Positions 47,301-61,039 of a DNA stretch of 64,000 bases are shown in pieces. This stretch comes from Okamejei kenojei (lineage: Eukaryota): assembly GCA_035221665.1 (NCBI GenBank), contig CM069154.1, positions 5,766,001-5,830,000 on the forward strand. Reading direction: 5' to 3'. A model generated the notes under the pieces. The model had not been told where the DNA came from and did no database searches. It saw nothing but the letters and a program-made list of their open reading frames with translations. Position 1 is the stretch's first letter. Each line of letters starts with the position of its first letter. The translations under genes were made by a program, and so were the position numbers.

Positions 47301-49150
47301 TATCGGCCTTTAATCCATTCAATTTACCTAACACCACTTTCCGGCTAACCTGAATTTCACTCTTTTCCTCCATCTCATTTGACCCGCGATCCCCTGCTAC
47401 TTCCGGCAAATTATTTATGTCTTCCTTAGTGAAGACAGAACCAAAGTAGTTATTCAATTGGTCTGCCATGTCCTTGTTCCCCATGATCAATTCACCCGTT
47501 TCGGACTGCAAGGGACCTACATTTGTTTTAACTAATCTTTTGCGCTTCACATATCGATAAAAACTTTTGCAGTCAGTTTTTATGTTTCCTGCCAGTTTTC
47601 TTTGATACTCCATTTTTCCTTTCCTAATTAAGCCCTTTGTCCTCCTCTGTTGGTCTCTGAATTTCTCCCAGTCCTCTGGTAGGCTGCTTTTTCTGGCTAA
47701 TTTGTACGCTTCATCTTTTTCTTTGATACTATCCCTGATTTCCCTCGTTATCCACGGATGCGCCACCTTCCCTGATTTATTCTTTTGCCATACTGGGATG
47801 AACAATTGTTGTAGTTCATCCATGCAGTCTTTAAATGCCTTCCATTGCATATCCACCGTCATCCCTTCAAGAATCAATTGCCAGTCGATCTTGGCCAATT
47901 CACGTCTCATACCCTCAAAGTTACCTTTCTTTAAGTTCAGGACCCGTGTTTCTGAATTAACAATGTCACTCTCCATCCTAATGAAGAACTCAACCATATT
48001 ATGGTCACTCTTGCCCAAGGGGCCACGTACAACAAGGCTGCTAACTAACCCTTCCTCATTACTCAATATCCAGTCTAGAATAGACTGCTCTCTCGTTGGT
48101 TCCTCCACATGTTGGTTTAGAAAACTATCCCGCATACATTCCAAGAAATCCTCTTCCTCAGCACCCCTGCCAATTTGATTCACCCAATCTATATGTAGAT
48201 TGATGTCACCCATTATAACGGTTTTACCTTCGTTGCACGCATTTCTAATTTCCTGTTTGATGCCATCCCCAACTCCACTACTACTGTTAGGTGGCCTGTA
48301 CACAACACCCACTAGCGTTTTCTGCCCTTTATTGTTTCGCAGCTCCACCCATATCGATTCCACATCCTCCAAGCTAATGTCATTCCTTTCTATTGCATTA
48401 ATCTCCGCTCTAACCAGCAACGCTACCCCACCTCCTTTTCCTCTCTGTCTATCCTTCCTGAATATTGAATATCCCTGGATGTTCAGCTCCCAGCCTTGGT
48501 CACCCTGGAGCCATGTCTCCGTGATCCCAACTATATCATAATTATTAATAGCTATCTGCACATTCAACTCATCCACCTTATTACGAATGCTCCTCGCATT
48601 GAGACACAAAGCCTTCAAGCTTGTTTTTACAACACTCTTGGCCCTTTTACAACTATGTTGAAAAGTGGCCCTTTTAGATTTTTGCCCTGGATTTGTTTTC
48701 CTGCCACTTTTCACCTTGCTACCTATTGCACCTATCCTCATTTTACATCCCTCTGTCTCTCTGCTCACACATTTAAGAAACCCTCCACTTCTTATTCTCC
48801 GTTTGTTATTTTTTTCTTCTTTCCTCCCTACGTGTTGCATCTGACTGCTTCTCTTCTCTGTCTCCTGCCTCACAAACGGACTACTTGCCTTCTCTATTTG
48901 AGTCCCTCCCCCCAACTGATCTAGTTTAAAGTCTCCCCAGTAGCCTTTGCAAATCTCCCCGCCAGGATATTGGTTCCCCTCGGGTTCAAGTGCAACCCGT
49001 CCTTTTTGTACAGGTCACACCTTCCCCAAAAGAGGTCCCAATGATCCAGAAACTTGAATCTCTGCGCTCTGCACCAGTCCTTTAGCCACGCATTAATCCT
49101 CCACCTTGCTCCATTCCTACTCTCACTGTCGCGTGGTACAGGCAGTAATC
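44357..49150 (-). mobile_element. CR1-clade LINE, 5'-truncated within ORF1, with ORF2 split by a Rex1/Babar insertion
   Basis: ORF1 SGNH-esterase C-terminus (..YKKDGLHLNPRG..) at ~48920-49150; APE domain (CLNARSIRNK, GITETWL, SDHN); RT ([33 protein letters not shown]); (TTTCTATG)n tail. Confidence 0.93.
45316..46667 (+). mobile_element. Rex1/Babar-clade LINE, 5'-truncated, with an uninterrupted RT ORF (to 46494)
   Basis: [67 protein letters not shown]; (TTGAC)n-like tail; TTAAT TSD (45311-45315, 46668-46672). Confidence 0.9.
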
Positions 49151-49609
49151 AGGCAGTTACGAAATAGATATGCAGAAATTCTATATTTCCCACTTTAATT
49201 AATTAATTTATGCCTTTAAATTCTATTATTTTTATTATTATACTAAAATATTATTATTTTTATATATTGATCAATTTTTTATCAATATTTCTAATTTATC
49301 TAACATAATTCCTTTTTTTTACTGATATGTATAAAGGTACCAGATGCTGGTTCACACCGAAGATGGACACAAAATGCTGGAGTAACTTTGCGGGACAGGC
49401 AGCGTCTCTGGAGAGAAGGAATGGTTGACATTTCAGGTTGAGACGCTTCTTCAGGCTGAGAATCAGGGGAGAGGGAGACCTAGAGATATGGAAGGGTAGG
49501 GTGTGAAAACGATTTTTAGAATCAGTCAAGGGGCCGGTGGCAGAGTGAACTGTCTGAAGGGAACACAGTGGGCAGTGGGCCTGGGCTTGCTCATACTGCC
49601 TGTGGCTTC

Positions 49610-49811
49610 AGGGCCTGTCCCACTTGTTGATTTTTTCGGCGACTGCCGAACATTTCAAAATCCAGCGGCGACAAAAGAAATGTTGCGACACTTGAAAAAA
49701 CACCGCGCGTCATACGTCATCACGTTGCATCAAGCCGCAAATTTTTCGTTGACCTGATACTGTCAATGATGCCGGCAGTCGCCGAAAAAAGTGCTAAGTG
49801 GGACAGGCCCT
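49610..49811. mobile_element. MITE, PIF/Harbinger-like
   Basis: TIR AGGGCCTGTCCCACTT...TTTTTTCGGCGACTGCCG mirrored at the right end; TSD not cleanly preserved. Confidence 0.65.
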
Positions 49812-51754
49812 TTGGTCTTTGCCCAAAGTCAACTCTGTGTAGAAGGGTTGCCACAATAGTGAGGGAGATGCGGGTGGGATTTTGGGAGCCCTGTGGTTGC
49901 ACAGGATACGTATATGGAGAGAATATTTCCAGTAGTTGAAGAGTCTGGGGACAGAGAACACAGCCCCCAGAATAAAAGGACGTATCTTTGGAAAGCAGAT
50001 GAGGAGGAATTTCTTTAGCCCAAGGATGGTGAATGAGTGGAATTCATTGGCACAGACAGCGGTGGAGACCAAGTCATTGGGTATTTTTAAAGCGAAGATT
50101 GTTAGGTTCTTGATTAATAAGGGAGTCAAAGGGGGAGAAGGCAAGGGGATGGGGTTGAGAGGGGAAGATAGATCAGCCATGATTGAATGGCGGAGCAGAC
50201 TCGATGGGCCTATAGTCTTATGGTTTAAGATTTTGCATCCCATAAGAGGTGGTTGTGAGCTGTGTGGTGGGATCAGAATAATCCAACCAGTTGGGTTAGT
50301 GCTGGGGCTTCAATGGTCTTCATTCTACTGTTCTCTGTCGGTATGGATACTGCCTACACTCCTAGGGGAACCATTCTCTGATGGGAAAGGAAATCTTAAA
50401 AATATTTACGCGCTCAAAAATCAAGAACAATGTTCCACTCAGCTCCCCAAACCTGCTCTGCCATATAATAAGCTCCTGACCTCAGCCTCTGTTTGTGTGG
50501 AGTTTGCACGTTCTGCCTGAGACCACGTGGGTTTCCTTTGGGTGTTCCGTTGTCATGGAACAAAGAACATTACAGTACCAGTAGAGACCCTTCGGCCCAC
50601 CATACGTATGTGCCGAACATGATGCCAGGTTAAACGGATCTCATCTGCCTGCATGTGATCCATATCCCTCTATTCCCTGCCCTTCCATATCCCTATTTAA
50701 AAGCCTTTTAAATGCCACTATCATATCTAAAAACCGTCCATTTCCCAAAGGCGTGCGGATTCGTAGATTAATCGGTCTCCGTAAATTGCTTCTAGTGTGT
50801 AGGACGTGGATGTGAAATTGGGATAACATGGAACTGGAGTGAATAGCTGATCGATGGCCAGCATGGACTCAATGTGCCTGTGTCTACGTTGTATGTTTCA
50901 ATCAATTGATCAAGACCGTAACCCCAACAGTCCCCCTTACAACGTTTCACACCCTTGCTCATCAGACTGTTCTTCCTAAAATATACTCATCGGTTCCACT
51001 TCCACCGCCCTTTGAGGAAGAACGTTCCTAAGACTTAATAACATCTGAGAGAAAATAACTTCCTCTCATCTCTGTCTTAAATGAACGCCCCGTGTTTTTA
51101 AACATTGACTCCAAATTCTAGGCTATTCCCACAAGAGGGAGCAGTCTCCCCATCTCCAGACTTAAGGATGTTCCACTTTTTCATTAAGTTGCCTTTCAGT
51201 ATTCTGAGGTTCAGTGGATATGCAATTCTGGACCTGACTAAAACTTTCTTAACAAAGACAACCCTTTAGTCTATCAAGTTCTTTGAACTGCTTCAACTGT
51301 GGCCTGGACTAGAAGGCATGAGTTATGGAAGGAAATTTGATATGTTGTGTCTGTTTTCCCTGGCAAAGGAGGCTGACAAGATAGAGATATATGAAATAAT
51401 GAAAGGCCCAGTATAGTAGAGAGCCACAGTCTGTTTCTCACGATGGAGGTGTCAAAAACTAGAGGGCATAGGTTTAAGGTGAGAGGGAGGAGGTGTAATG
51501 GTGAGTAACTTGGAGAGTAGTTGGTATCTGGAATAAGCTGCCAGAGTATGTACTGGAGGCAGGAATACTACAAGGTAACTAAATAAATATTTGAATGAGC
51601 AAGACATCGAAGTTTAGTTCAGAAATACAGCACAGAAACAGGCCCTTCGGCCCACTGAGTCCGCAATGACGAGCGACTCCCATACACTAGCACTATCCTA
51701 CACACTAGGGATAATTTACAATGCTTACCGGATTAACCAATTAACCGACCAACC

Positions 51755-52459
51755 TTTTTTATTTAAGGTATATTTATTTATTTTTAATTAATTAATTAGA
51801 AGCAGTGTACAGTAGTATAAACCGCGGCATATGACAACATACATTTATTGTACATCTTCCATTTTAAATTTGACAAAGAAGAAATGAAAAAAAGAGAGAA
51901 AGAGCAAGAAAGAGAGAAAGTGAAAGAAATAGTGAATGTGTAAACCCCTAAACTACCAAATAGTGTAGTCAAAACCTAAAAAGGAATAAGAAGACAAAAA
52001 CGAAAAATAATAATAAAAAAATGAGACCATAACGTGTTGATATACCTGCTTCATTTCTCACCACACCCATCACCCTGTCCGTGAATCAGTTTAATTCCAA
52101 AATTGTGTTGCACCATACTATACTTGTAATGAATCAATGAAAGGAGACCATATCTTTAAAAATTGCTCTAATTTTCCTGCTAAGACAAACCTCATATCTT
52201 CAAGATGTAGCGTATCAGACATGCTTGTGATCCACATTTTAAGAGTTGGGTAGAAGCATTTTTCCAAAATTTAAGTATACGTTTTTTTGCCATTATCAGG
52301 CCATAATTGAGGAAACGTCTGAAATATTGATAGCTCAGAGCAAACTCCTGTTATTCCAAAAATAATCAATTCTGTATGGGGGTCCAGTTTTCTTTTTAAT
52401 AATTTTGAGAAGAATTCAAAGATTCCGTTCCAAAATTTATGAATTTTTATGCAAGAGGC
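51755..52459 (-). mobile_element. L1 3' fragment inserted in a SINE
   Basis: 15-bp TSD ATTAACCGACCAACC (51740-51754, 52460-52474); T-run at the left end; ORF2 C-terminus similar to 15100-15430. Confidence 0.85.
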
Positions 52460-52846
52460 ATTAACCGACCAACCGGTATGTGTTTAGAATGTGGGAGGAA
52501 ACCAGAGCTCCCTGAGGAAACTCACGCAGGTCACCGGGAGTATAAACTTCGAACAGACAGCACCTCTAATCAGGATCGAACCCGAGTCTCTGGCACTGTA
52601 AGGCAGCAACTCTACTGCTGTGCTGCCATGCCATCCCAAGTTATTTGGAATTAATACAGTGAAGTGTATAGGTACACAGGTACAATGGTCAGGATAGACA
52701 TGTTTGGCTAAAGGGCCTGTTTCTATGCTGTACAACTCCAAGATTCTTTGACCATACTTTATTGATATCCTTCTTTAAATATTTAGAGCAATATAGTCCA
52801 CTTGTTATTTTTTATGCAGAGCTACAAAAATATATTTGGTGTTTAC

Positions 52847-52883
52847 CTTAGTCTTTCTTTGTCCGAAGGAAGTAACGTTTGAC
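52847..52883 (-). CDS. Gene A short stalk exon (G)QTLLPSDKERL
   Basis: ttttaccag acceptor and gtaaac donor; 37 nt, phase 1-2; exactly bridges the IgV and TM exon phases. Confidence 0.75.
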
Positions 52884-53884
52884 CTGGTAAAATGTATGAA
52901 AAGATAATTTTATCATTCACTAATTCACCAACATTGAGTTGTGGATTTACTGTTATAATGCAACACAAACAGAAAGAACATCCGAATAAATTAACAAGTG
53001 AAGTTAGAGGGAGAAAACAAACTGAGTGACAAAGAAATCAGTGAACTGCAGGTCAGACCTTTATCTTTTAAATGTTTTCTTTCTCTCCAAATGTCTTTGT
53101 TAATCTATTAACAAGGGGGCTTCATAAGCAGTGTCCCTTGGTTCTCCAGGAGGGTTTCTGTGGGTTCTCAATCTACAGCAGGTGCGCCGGACCAGATTCC
53201 CTTATTCCATTATGTTATTGCCTTGTCTGTTCATATTCATAAGTTATAGGAGCAGGATTAGGCCATTCGGCCCATCAACTCTACTCTGCCATTCTATCAT
53301 GGGTGATCTATGTGTTGTGGATGGTAGAAAGGCTTTGGGAGGTCAGGAGGTGAGGTACAAGAAAACCCCACCTTTCATCCAAATTTTATAACTAAAAGTA
53401 TGAATCACACTGAAAAAAAGACTCAAAGTGCTGGAGTAACTCAATGGGTCTGGCAGCATCTCTGGAGAACATGGATATGTGATGTTTCGGGTCGGGACCC
53501 TTCTTCAGACTTGACCCGAAACATCACCTATCCATGTTCTCCAGAGATCTCCAGATAGGGCATACTGTAAGTTAAAGGTGAAGGGAGAAAGATTTGATAG
53601 GAATCTGAGGGGTACCTTTATCACACTAAGACAGATGGGTTTATGGAATGAGCTGCTGGAGGAGGTAGTTGAGGCAGGTACTATCGCTACGTTTAAGAAG
53701 CAATTCGACAGGTACATGGATAGGACCGATTTAGAGGGATATAAGCCAAACGCAAGCAGGTGGGACTAGTATGGATGAGACATGTTGGTTGGTGTGGGCA
53801 AGTTGGGCCAAAGGGCCTGTTTCCACACTGTTATGACTCTATGACTCTATGCTGGCTGACCCATAGAGTTACGTCAGCAACTTA

Positions 53885-54428
53885 ATAGACAATAGACAAT
53901 AGGTGCAGGAGTAGGCCATTCGGCCCTTCGAGCCAGCACCACCATTCAATGTAATCATGGCTGATCATCCACAATCAGTACCCCGTTCCTGCCTTCTCTC
54001 CATATCCCTTAACTCCGCTATCGCTAAGAGCTCTATCTAACTCTCTCTTGAAAGCATCCAGAGAACCAGCCTCCACCACCCTCTGAGGCAGAGAATTCCA
54101 CACACTCACAACTCTGTATGAAAAAGTTTTAGAATCTCCATTCTAAATGGCTTACCCCTTATTCTTAAACTATGGCCCCTGGTTCTGGACTCCCCCAACA
54201 TTGGGAACATGTTTCCTGCCTCTAGTGTGTCCAAACCCTTAATAATCTTACATATTTCAATAAGATCCCCTCTCATCCTTCTAAATCCCAGAGTATACAA
54301 GCCCAGCTGCTCCATTCTATCAACATATGACAGTCCCACCATCCTGGGAATTAACCTCGTGAACCGATGCTGCACTCCTTCAATAGCAAGAATGTCCTTC
54401 CTCATGTTTGGAGACCAAAACTGCACAC
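53885..54428 (-). mobile_element. CR1-like LINE 3' fragment
   Basis: VQFWSPNMRKDILAIEGVQ motif; (CTATTGT)n tail. Confidence 0.82.
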
Positions 54429-54583
54429 ATTCATATATTTATTTTGGTAAACTAGCATCTGCACTTCTTCTTCTTTTCTATAGTAATGTTCCATGTTCAG
54501 TTTAGTTTCCAACCATATGTTTAATTGAACAGAAATATAGAGACAAATTGCATTTTATGAATGAACACAAATCTACATCTTAC

Positions 54584-54919
54584 CTTCACGAACTTTAAGC
54601 TCCACAGCATATAATGGGTCCAGAAGGTGATACCTTTCTATTCCACACCAATACCAGCCGTTGTCACCGTTTGTTAGCTTCTCCATTTGGATTTTAAGTT
54701 CTCCTTTTTTATTATCAGCTGTTATCGTTATTCTGCCATCTCTGCTTTTCTTACCAGGGCCCTCTGTTTGAACTAAAATCATGCAGTTTCGTCGATAGTA
54801 TCCTTTGCACCAGTACTTCTGTTCGCTGCGGAAATACGTGTGGAATTTGCATGTGATTTCCACTCTGTCTCCCACGGTTCCAGTTGCCACTCTCGGTCCA
54901 TTGATGTCAGCGTGCGTCA
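54584..54919 (-). CDS. Gene A IgV exon (CD300/pIgR/MDIR-like V domain)
   Basis: 336 nt, phase 1-1, ctctcag acceptor and gtaag donor; GTVGDRVEITC...KYWCKG..RRNC...DNGWYWCGI...VELKV. Confidence 0.92.
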
Positions 54920-55008
54920 CTGAGAGGTCAAAAACATACATCAAATGTACAAGAGGGGAACGCTGCTACTGTTGTGCGCTAATGAACTCCTTTGATGGTG
55001 ACACATAG

Positions 55009-55575
55009 TTTTTTTTTAAACCAAAAATAACTTAAATCAACTATTTACAAAAATACACACAAATATACAAACAAACCCACCGCCATAACACAAAATAAAG
55101 TAAATATTATTTAATATTAAATCACTATATTCATATCCTTATCGAGGATACATTCCACCCCCCACAGTGCCCAGCGGTCCCGGAAATCCCCCAGGACCAT
55201 TGACAGCGCGTAGTCCGTGTCTAGTACTACCCGGGTGCGGAGGTAACCCCGGAAAAGGAGCAGGCAGCCGGCTCGGGCAGAGCACCCTTTCCACCTGGCG
55301 CCATGATTTGCGGATGGCCTGCTTGGCCAGGCCTAGGAGCAACCCAACCAGGACATCTTCGGCCCCCCTACCCTCTCCCCTAAGCACAGGGTGTCCAAAG
55401 GTGAGGATGGTGGGTGTGAAGTGCAGCAAGAAGGCAAGGAGCAGCTCCTTCAGGTATTGTAACAGGGGCTGCAACCTCACTCACTCCATGTACACGTGGA
55501 ACACAGGATCTACCAATCCGCAAAAGTGGCAGGTGGCTGGCAAGTCTGTGAACTGCGAGTTGGCGACCAATGGTG
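55009..55575 (-). mobile_element. Tx1-like non-LTR retrotransposon 3' fragment
   Basis: CHFCG...HVYMECVRLQPL...LLLGLAKQAIRKS C-terminal motif, followed by a poly(A) tail (T-run at 55009). Confidence 0.7.
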
Positions 55576-58500
55576 GTGTACAGTATTGGCTGTAGGCTGT
55601 GGTGTCATACACGAGTACAGCCTAGGCTGTTGTGCTCTACACATGGTGTACTGCCTTGGAATAATTCGACAGATCAGGCAGCATCTCTGGAGAAAATGGA
55701 TATGTGATTTTCGGATCAGGACCTTTCTTCAGACTTGAGCCGAAACATAACCTACCCATGTTTTCCAGAGAAACAAAGCAATGGACAATACCTAGGTACA
55801 TGTGGCAATAAATTAGCATTCATACATCAAAGAAGTGAGGGTTAGCAGGGACAAGTTGGGCTGAAGGGCCTGCTTCCAGGTCATCTTAGCCTCGCTTACC
55901 TTGCACCTGGTCTGACTGTTTGACTTACAATTAATTACCTCTGCAATTCTGTCTGCCCAAAATCAAATTGCACACAGTTTGATGTTCTAGTTTGCATGTT
56001 CTCCCTATGACCTCGTGATTTGTAGGTTAATTGGCCACTATAAGTTGCCCCCTAGTGTGTAGGGAATGGATGAGAAAGTGGGATAACATAGAACTAATGT
56101 GAATGGATAATCAATGGTCGACGTTTGCTGTATCTCTGAAACTAAAATGAAATGTATTGCTTTGCTGAAAATACAATCTTAATGGAAGTGATTATAGTTG
56201 GAAAGTTTTAAGGTCAATTTATTTTCAAATGCAATTGGACTTGACCTTACTTTCAGTAAAGAACCATAGGGTCATACAGCGTGAAAACAGGCCCTTCCGC
56301 CCAACCTGCCCACGTCGACCAGCATGCCCCATCTACACTTGTCCTGCCTGCCTGTGTTTGGCCCATATCCCTCTAAACCTGTCCTATCCAAGTACCTGTC
56401 CAATTGTTCCTTGCCTCAAAAAACATTGAACCATTGAGTTAAATTACACTAAATACCCCAGAAAGAAGGTAAGCGTAAAAAATGTGCACCAACTACTGCT
56501 TTGAGGGAGTCATTCTTTAAAAACCTCCATTGCATTGTCTATTCAGGGTGACCAGTGTAGAATGGCAGACAGAAACATTAGCCTTTTACGTCGGCTGGGG
56601 TTCCACTTCAGGAAGACCCCTTGGAAAATACTTCCCAGACTAATATCCTCCTCATTTACCCATTCAATATAAAATGTGCATTAGCATTATCTTGTCCCTG
56701 GCACCTTCAATGGCTATCATAGAAGTTTCTTCAGTACTTGTGGTCCATTACCAGGCTAATCTGATAAGAACATTTTTGCAAAGGCTGTGGGTAATCCAAG
56801 AAATGACATTTTAAGTTAAAACTGGTTCCATGTAAATCAAAAACTAGATCAACTAGATGGCAGGTCAAGAGCGGTCTTGACCTCCCATCTACTGTATTGG
56901 AGACCTATGAACTGTCTTTATCTTGCACTAAACATTATTCCCTTTATCCTATATCTGTACACTGTGGACGGTTTCATTGTAACCTTGTATAGTCTTTTCG
57001 CTGACTGGATAGCATGCAACACAAAAGCTTTCACTGTACTTTGGTACATGTGACATTAAGAAACTAAACTAAACCCAAGGTGATTTAGGGATCCTTTGAA
57101 TCCAACAAATAATGTAATTTAAATCTGAGAACTGCCATCTCATCTCTTCCTCTTTCCGTCTTTTAGCACAATTCTATCATTAAAAAATTGATTGATTCCG
57201 TCTCACTAAATAAGTTGAACTCAGAGAAATTTTATTTGGAAATGACAGTATTAACAGAAGAGCCATCACACGTATATAGTGCCATTCATGGTCCAAAGTT
57301 ATTTCAAAGTGTTTCATAACCAATAAAGAATTTTTCAACGGTAGATGCCATTTTAATAGAACACAGCATGTAGAACAATACAGTTCAGGAACAGGCCCTT
57401 CGGCCCACAATGTCTATGCTGAACATGATGCCGAAGGGCCTGTTTTCACGTTGTATCTCTACACTGGAACTAAACTCAAATCCTGAACAAGTTTGGCCTG
57501 TCGGCAATAATTAAGCAATTTCATTTCATGTGATTCAGCTCAGCAGAATTATTTATAAATTCTTTAAACTAATCGGTTCGTGAGTGGTTTTGAAAGATGC
57601 AATCGAACAAAAATCCCCCAAGCAATCAATCAAAAGAGTGTAAAAAGTTGCTTCAATTAAACCTCATTGCATTCTAACAGGGGCTCATTACTACTAGTCA
57701 GCAATGCCAGAAAAAGGTCGCCATATTAGACTATCACTTTATATGGATAAAGACTGGCTGCTGTAGTTGTACTATGATCAATATTAATGTTAAAAGATAA
57801 TGCGGTTAGCTAATGTGGAATAATGCGACATAGGGACAGGCCCTTCAGCCCACAATGTCTGTGCTGATCATGATGCTAGAATAATATATGTGTAGGAAGG
57901 AACTGCAGATGCCGGTTTAAATCAAAGATAGACACAAAAAGCTGGAGTAACTGAGCAGGTCAGGCAGCATTTCTGGAGAAAATGAATAGGTGAAGTTTCG
58001 GGTTGAGACCGTTCTTCAGATTGAGAGTCAGGTGAAAGGGAAATGAGAGATATAGATGTTGATCTAGCGAGATAGAGAACAAATAAATGAAATATATGAA
58101 AGATATGATAAGTTACATTTGTGCATATCTTTCATTCGACCCAAAACATCACCTATTCCTTTTCTCCAGAGATGCTGCCTGACACGCTGAGTTACTCCAG
58201 CTTTTTGTGTCTAGCTAGGATATATGCCTCCATTCCTTTCATACCCATGCACCTATCAAAAAGCCTCTTCAAATCCCAACAAGAATCTGTATTTTTCAAT
58301 CCAGTTTTAATATTTGTAATTTTCCATTACAGGAAATGAAAGCTTTTAAACTACATTTAAATATGTTTGTTTTTTTCTCTCATGATTCTCCCAAACTTTG
58401 TACATAAATTGATGTTTTAAAAAAAACCTTTACTCTCACAATTATGCTCTCCCTGAAAGGTCTCAACCCAAAATGTCACCCATTCCTTCAACCCAGAAAT

Positions 58501-58779
58501 GCTGCCTGTCCCGCTGAGTTAGTCCAGCAGTTTGTGTCTATCTTCTGCGTAAACCAGCATGAAGACAGTTCCTTCCTACACACCCAATTACATTTCTCTG
58601 AGAGTTAAAAGGAAACTCTCTGAATTTAAAATAAAATTCCATGCTGAAGAGCAGTTGAAGGATATTTTGTACCGATGAACCTAATGTTGCGAGCAATTCC
58701 AATAGATCCTTGGTCAGACAGATACAAATCAAAATTTCCAACACTTAAAAAAATCCAAACAAGGCAATGGTTTTCTTAC

Positions 58780-58819
58780 CTGAGAGAAAAACAACTGACA
58801 GGAGAAGAGTAAGACCCAT
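58780..58819 (-). CDS. Gene A signal-peptide exon MGLTLLLSVVFLS
   Basis: ATG in aaaATGg context; hydrophobic leader; 40 nt with a phase-1 gtaag donor; continues VTHA-DINGP in the IgV exon. Confidence 0.82.
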
Positions 58820-58883
58820 TTTTAATTACTCTTGTTAACTCCACTTTAAAAGCAGCTATTTCGTCTGAGGTCCTACTTCTGCG

Positions 58884-58910
58884 CAGCTGTGTGTAAACTT
58901 CCACTTCCCC
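58884..58910 (-). promoter_or_regulatory. Candidate proximal promoter: tandem ETS/PU.1-type sites plus an E-box
   Basis: GGGGAAGTGGAAGT about 80 nt upstream of the ATG, and CAGCTG at 58884-58889; motif match only. Confidence 0.35.
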
Positions 58911-59369
58911 TCCACACTTGCAAGACCATGACCTCAACTCAAATGGAGAATAGAAAGTGCAACTTCTTGTTTTGATAGCCTCAGATTTAGCCCCATAAAT
59001 GAGTACCAAGGCATCCATTGTACAATGCCCAGGCCCCTGTGAAAGCCTAATTGTTTGCTTTCTGAGCCTTGTTGGAAGAATTGAATCAACTGTGTGATTG
59101 TTCGTGACGAAAAGACTGTAGCAAGTAGAGTTAAAAATCTTATGGCTGTTGTAATCCCTATTAAATGCTTCAAATCCTGCATAATGCATTTGGTACGATG
59201 TGCTCTGCTGAAAAAATTGCCGAACAAATTTGCATTTAAACTCATTATCATTCTTGGGATTATTTATTGTGGATGGGGCGAGATGTGAGGACAGCTAGAT
59301 AGGCTGGGTCTTTTATCACTGGTTTGCTGGAGACTGAGAGGACACCTTTACTTTACTTTACTTTTGAGA

Positions 59370-59660
59370 TACTTTACAGATACAGCACAGAAACAGGCCC
59401 TTCGGCCCACCGAGTCCGCGCCGACTAGCGATCCCCGTACACACTAACACTATCTTACACACACTCGGGACAATTTATAATTTTACCGAAGCCAATTCAC
59501 CTACAAACCTGCACGTCTTTGGATTGTGAAAGGAAACTGGAGCACCCGGAGAAATCTCACGCAGTCGCAGGGAGAACGTACCAACTCCAAATGGAAAACA
59601 CAGTCAGAATTGAACCCGGCACTGTAAGGCAGCAACTCTACCACTGCGCCACTGTGCCAC
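59370..59660 (-). mobile_element. HE1-like V-SINE
   Basis: Reverse-complement family match. Confidence 0.78.
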
Positions 59661-61039
59661 CCTGATAGAAGTACAGTATATAAAGTTGAGAGTGGCAGAA
59701 ATATGGTAGACAGGTAGAACCTTTTTGCCCAGGATAGAGATTTCAAAGACTAGAGGGTAGAGCTTTAAGGTAAGGGGGGAGAAAATTCAAAGGCGATGTG
59801 CGGGGCAAATATTTCCACAGAGTGCGTTGGGTGCTTTGAATGTACTGCCAGAAGTGGTGGTAGACGCATACACACGAATGGCTTTTAAGAGGCACATGGA
59901 TCTGCAGGGAATGAAAGGATATAGATCATGTGCAGACAGAGTAGAATAGTTTAACACGGCAATATTCTCCGGGTGCTCCGGCTTCCTCCCACACTCCAAA
60001 AACGTACAGGTTTGTCGGTTAATTGGCTTTGGTAAGAATTGTAAATTGTCCCTCGTGTGTAGGATAGTGCTAGTGTACGGGGTGCTTGCTAGTCGGCGTG
60101 GAGTCGGTGGGCCGAAAGGCCTGTTTCCGCGCTGTTTCTCTAAAGTCTAACAGTCTAAAGACTCAGTGAAGCCAGCTGGTGGCCACTCTTCCCGCCCCTG
60201 TGGACTTTCCCGTCATACTGTAGCTATTTCTGTGCTTCTCTCCCACGCACTTCCTGTTCATTTCCGACTTACAAGCGGTTTGGATTACTCCCATAGAGTC
60301 ATACAGCACAGTAACAGGGCCTTTGACCCAACTTGTCCATGCTGACCAAGATGCCCCATCTAACCTAGTCCCATTTGCCCACATTTGGCTCATATCCCTC
60401 TAAACTTTGTTCAGATATCTATTGCTAGCCCTAGTTTATCCTGGTCTTTTCTTGGTTGCAGGTCCCCTCAGCTTCAACAATCAGCCTGGGGAAGACTCAT
60501 TTGGACAGGTACATGGCTAAGGTAGGTTTCGCGGGATATGGGCCAAACACAGGCAGGTGGGACTAGCCTAGATGAGACATGTTGGGTGTCATGGGCAAGT
60601 TGGGCCGAAGGGCCTGTTTTCATGCTGTATGATTCTAGGATTCTGTCCCAAACTGAACTGTCAGATATCCATTTTCTCTAGAGATACTGCATGTCCCACT
60701 GAGTTACTGCAGCATTTTGTGTTTATCTTTGGTATACACCAGCATCCTTTTGATTACATTCCATCCAAACCTTTTCTTTCCTTTCTTACAAGGGGTCTCA
60801 GTAATAGAACTCTGTTGTAACATGGGGACTTGCACGATAACTTTGATAGGACTTACAATGAAGACCACATTTGATGCTGTAGCCATTGACCCTAAGACAC
60901 ATGAGCAGAAATAGGTAATTTGGTCCATCAAGTCTATTCCGCCATTGAATCATGGCAGATCTATTTTTCTCTCTTACCCCATTTCATAATTTTATAAGGC
61001 ATCGAGTATGGCAGAGCAGCCTGCAGCTGTCAGTCCTTT

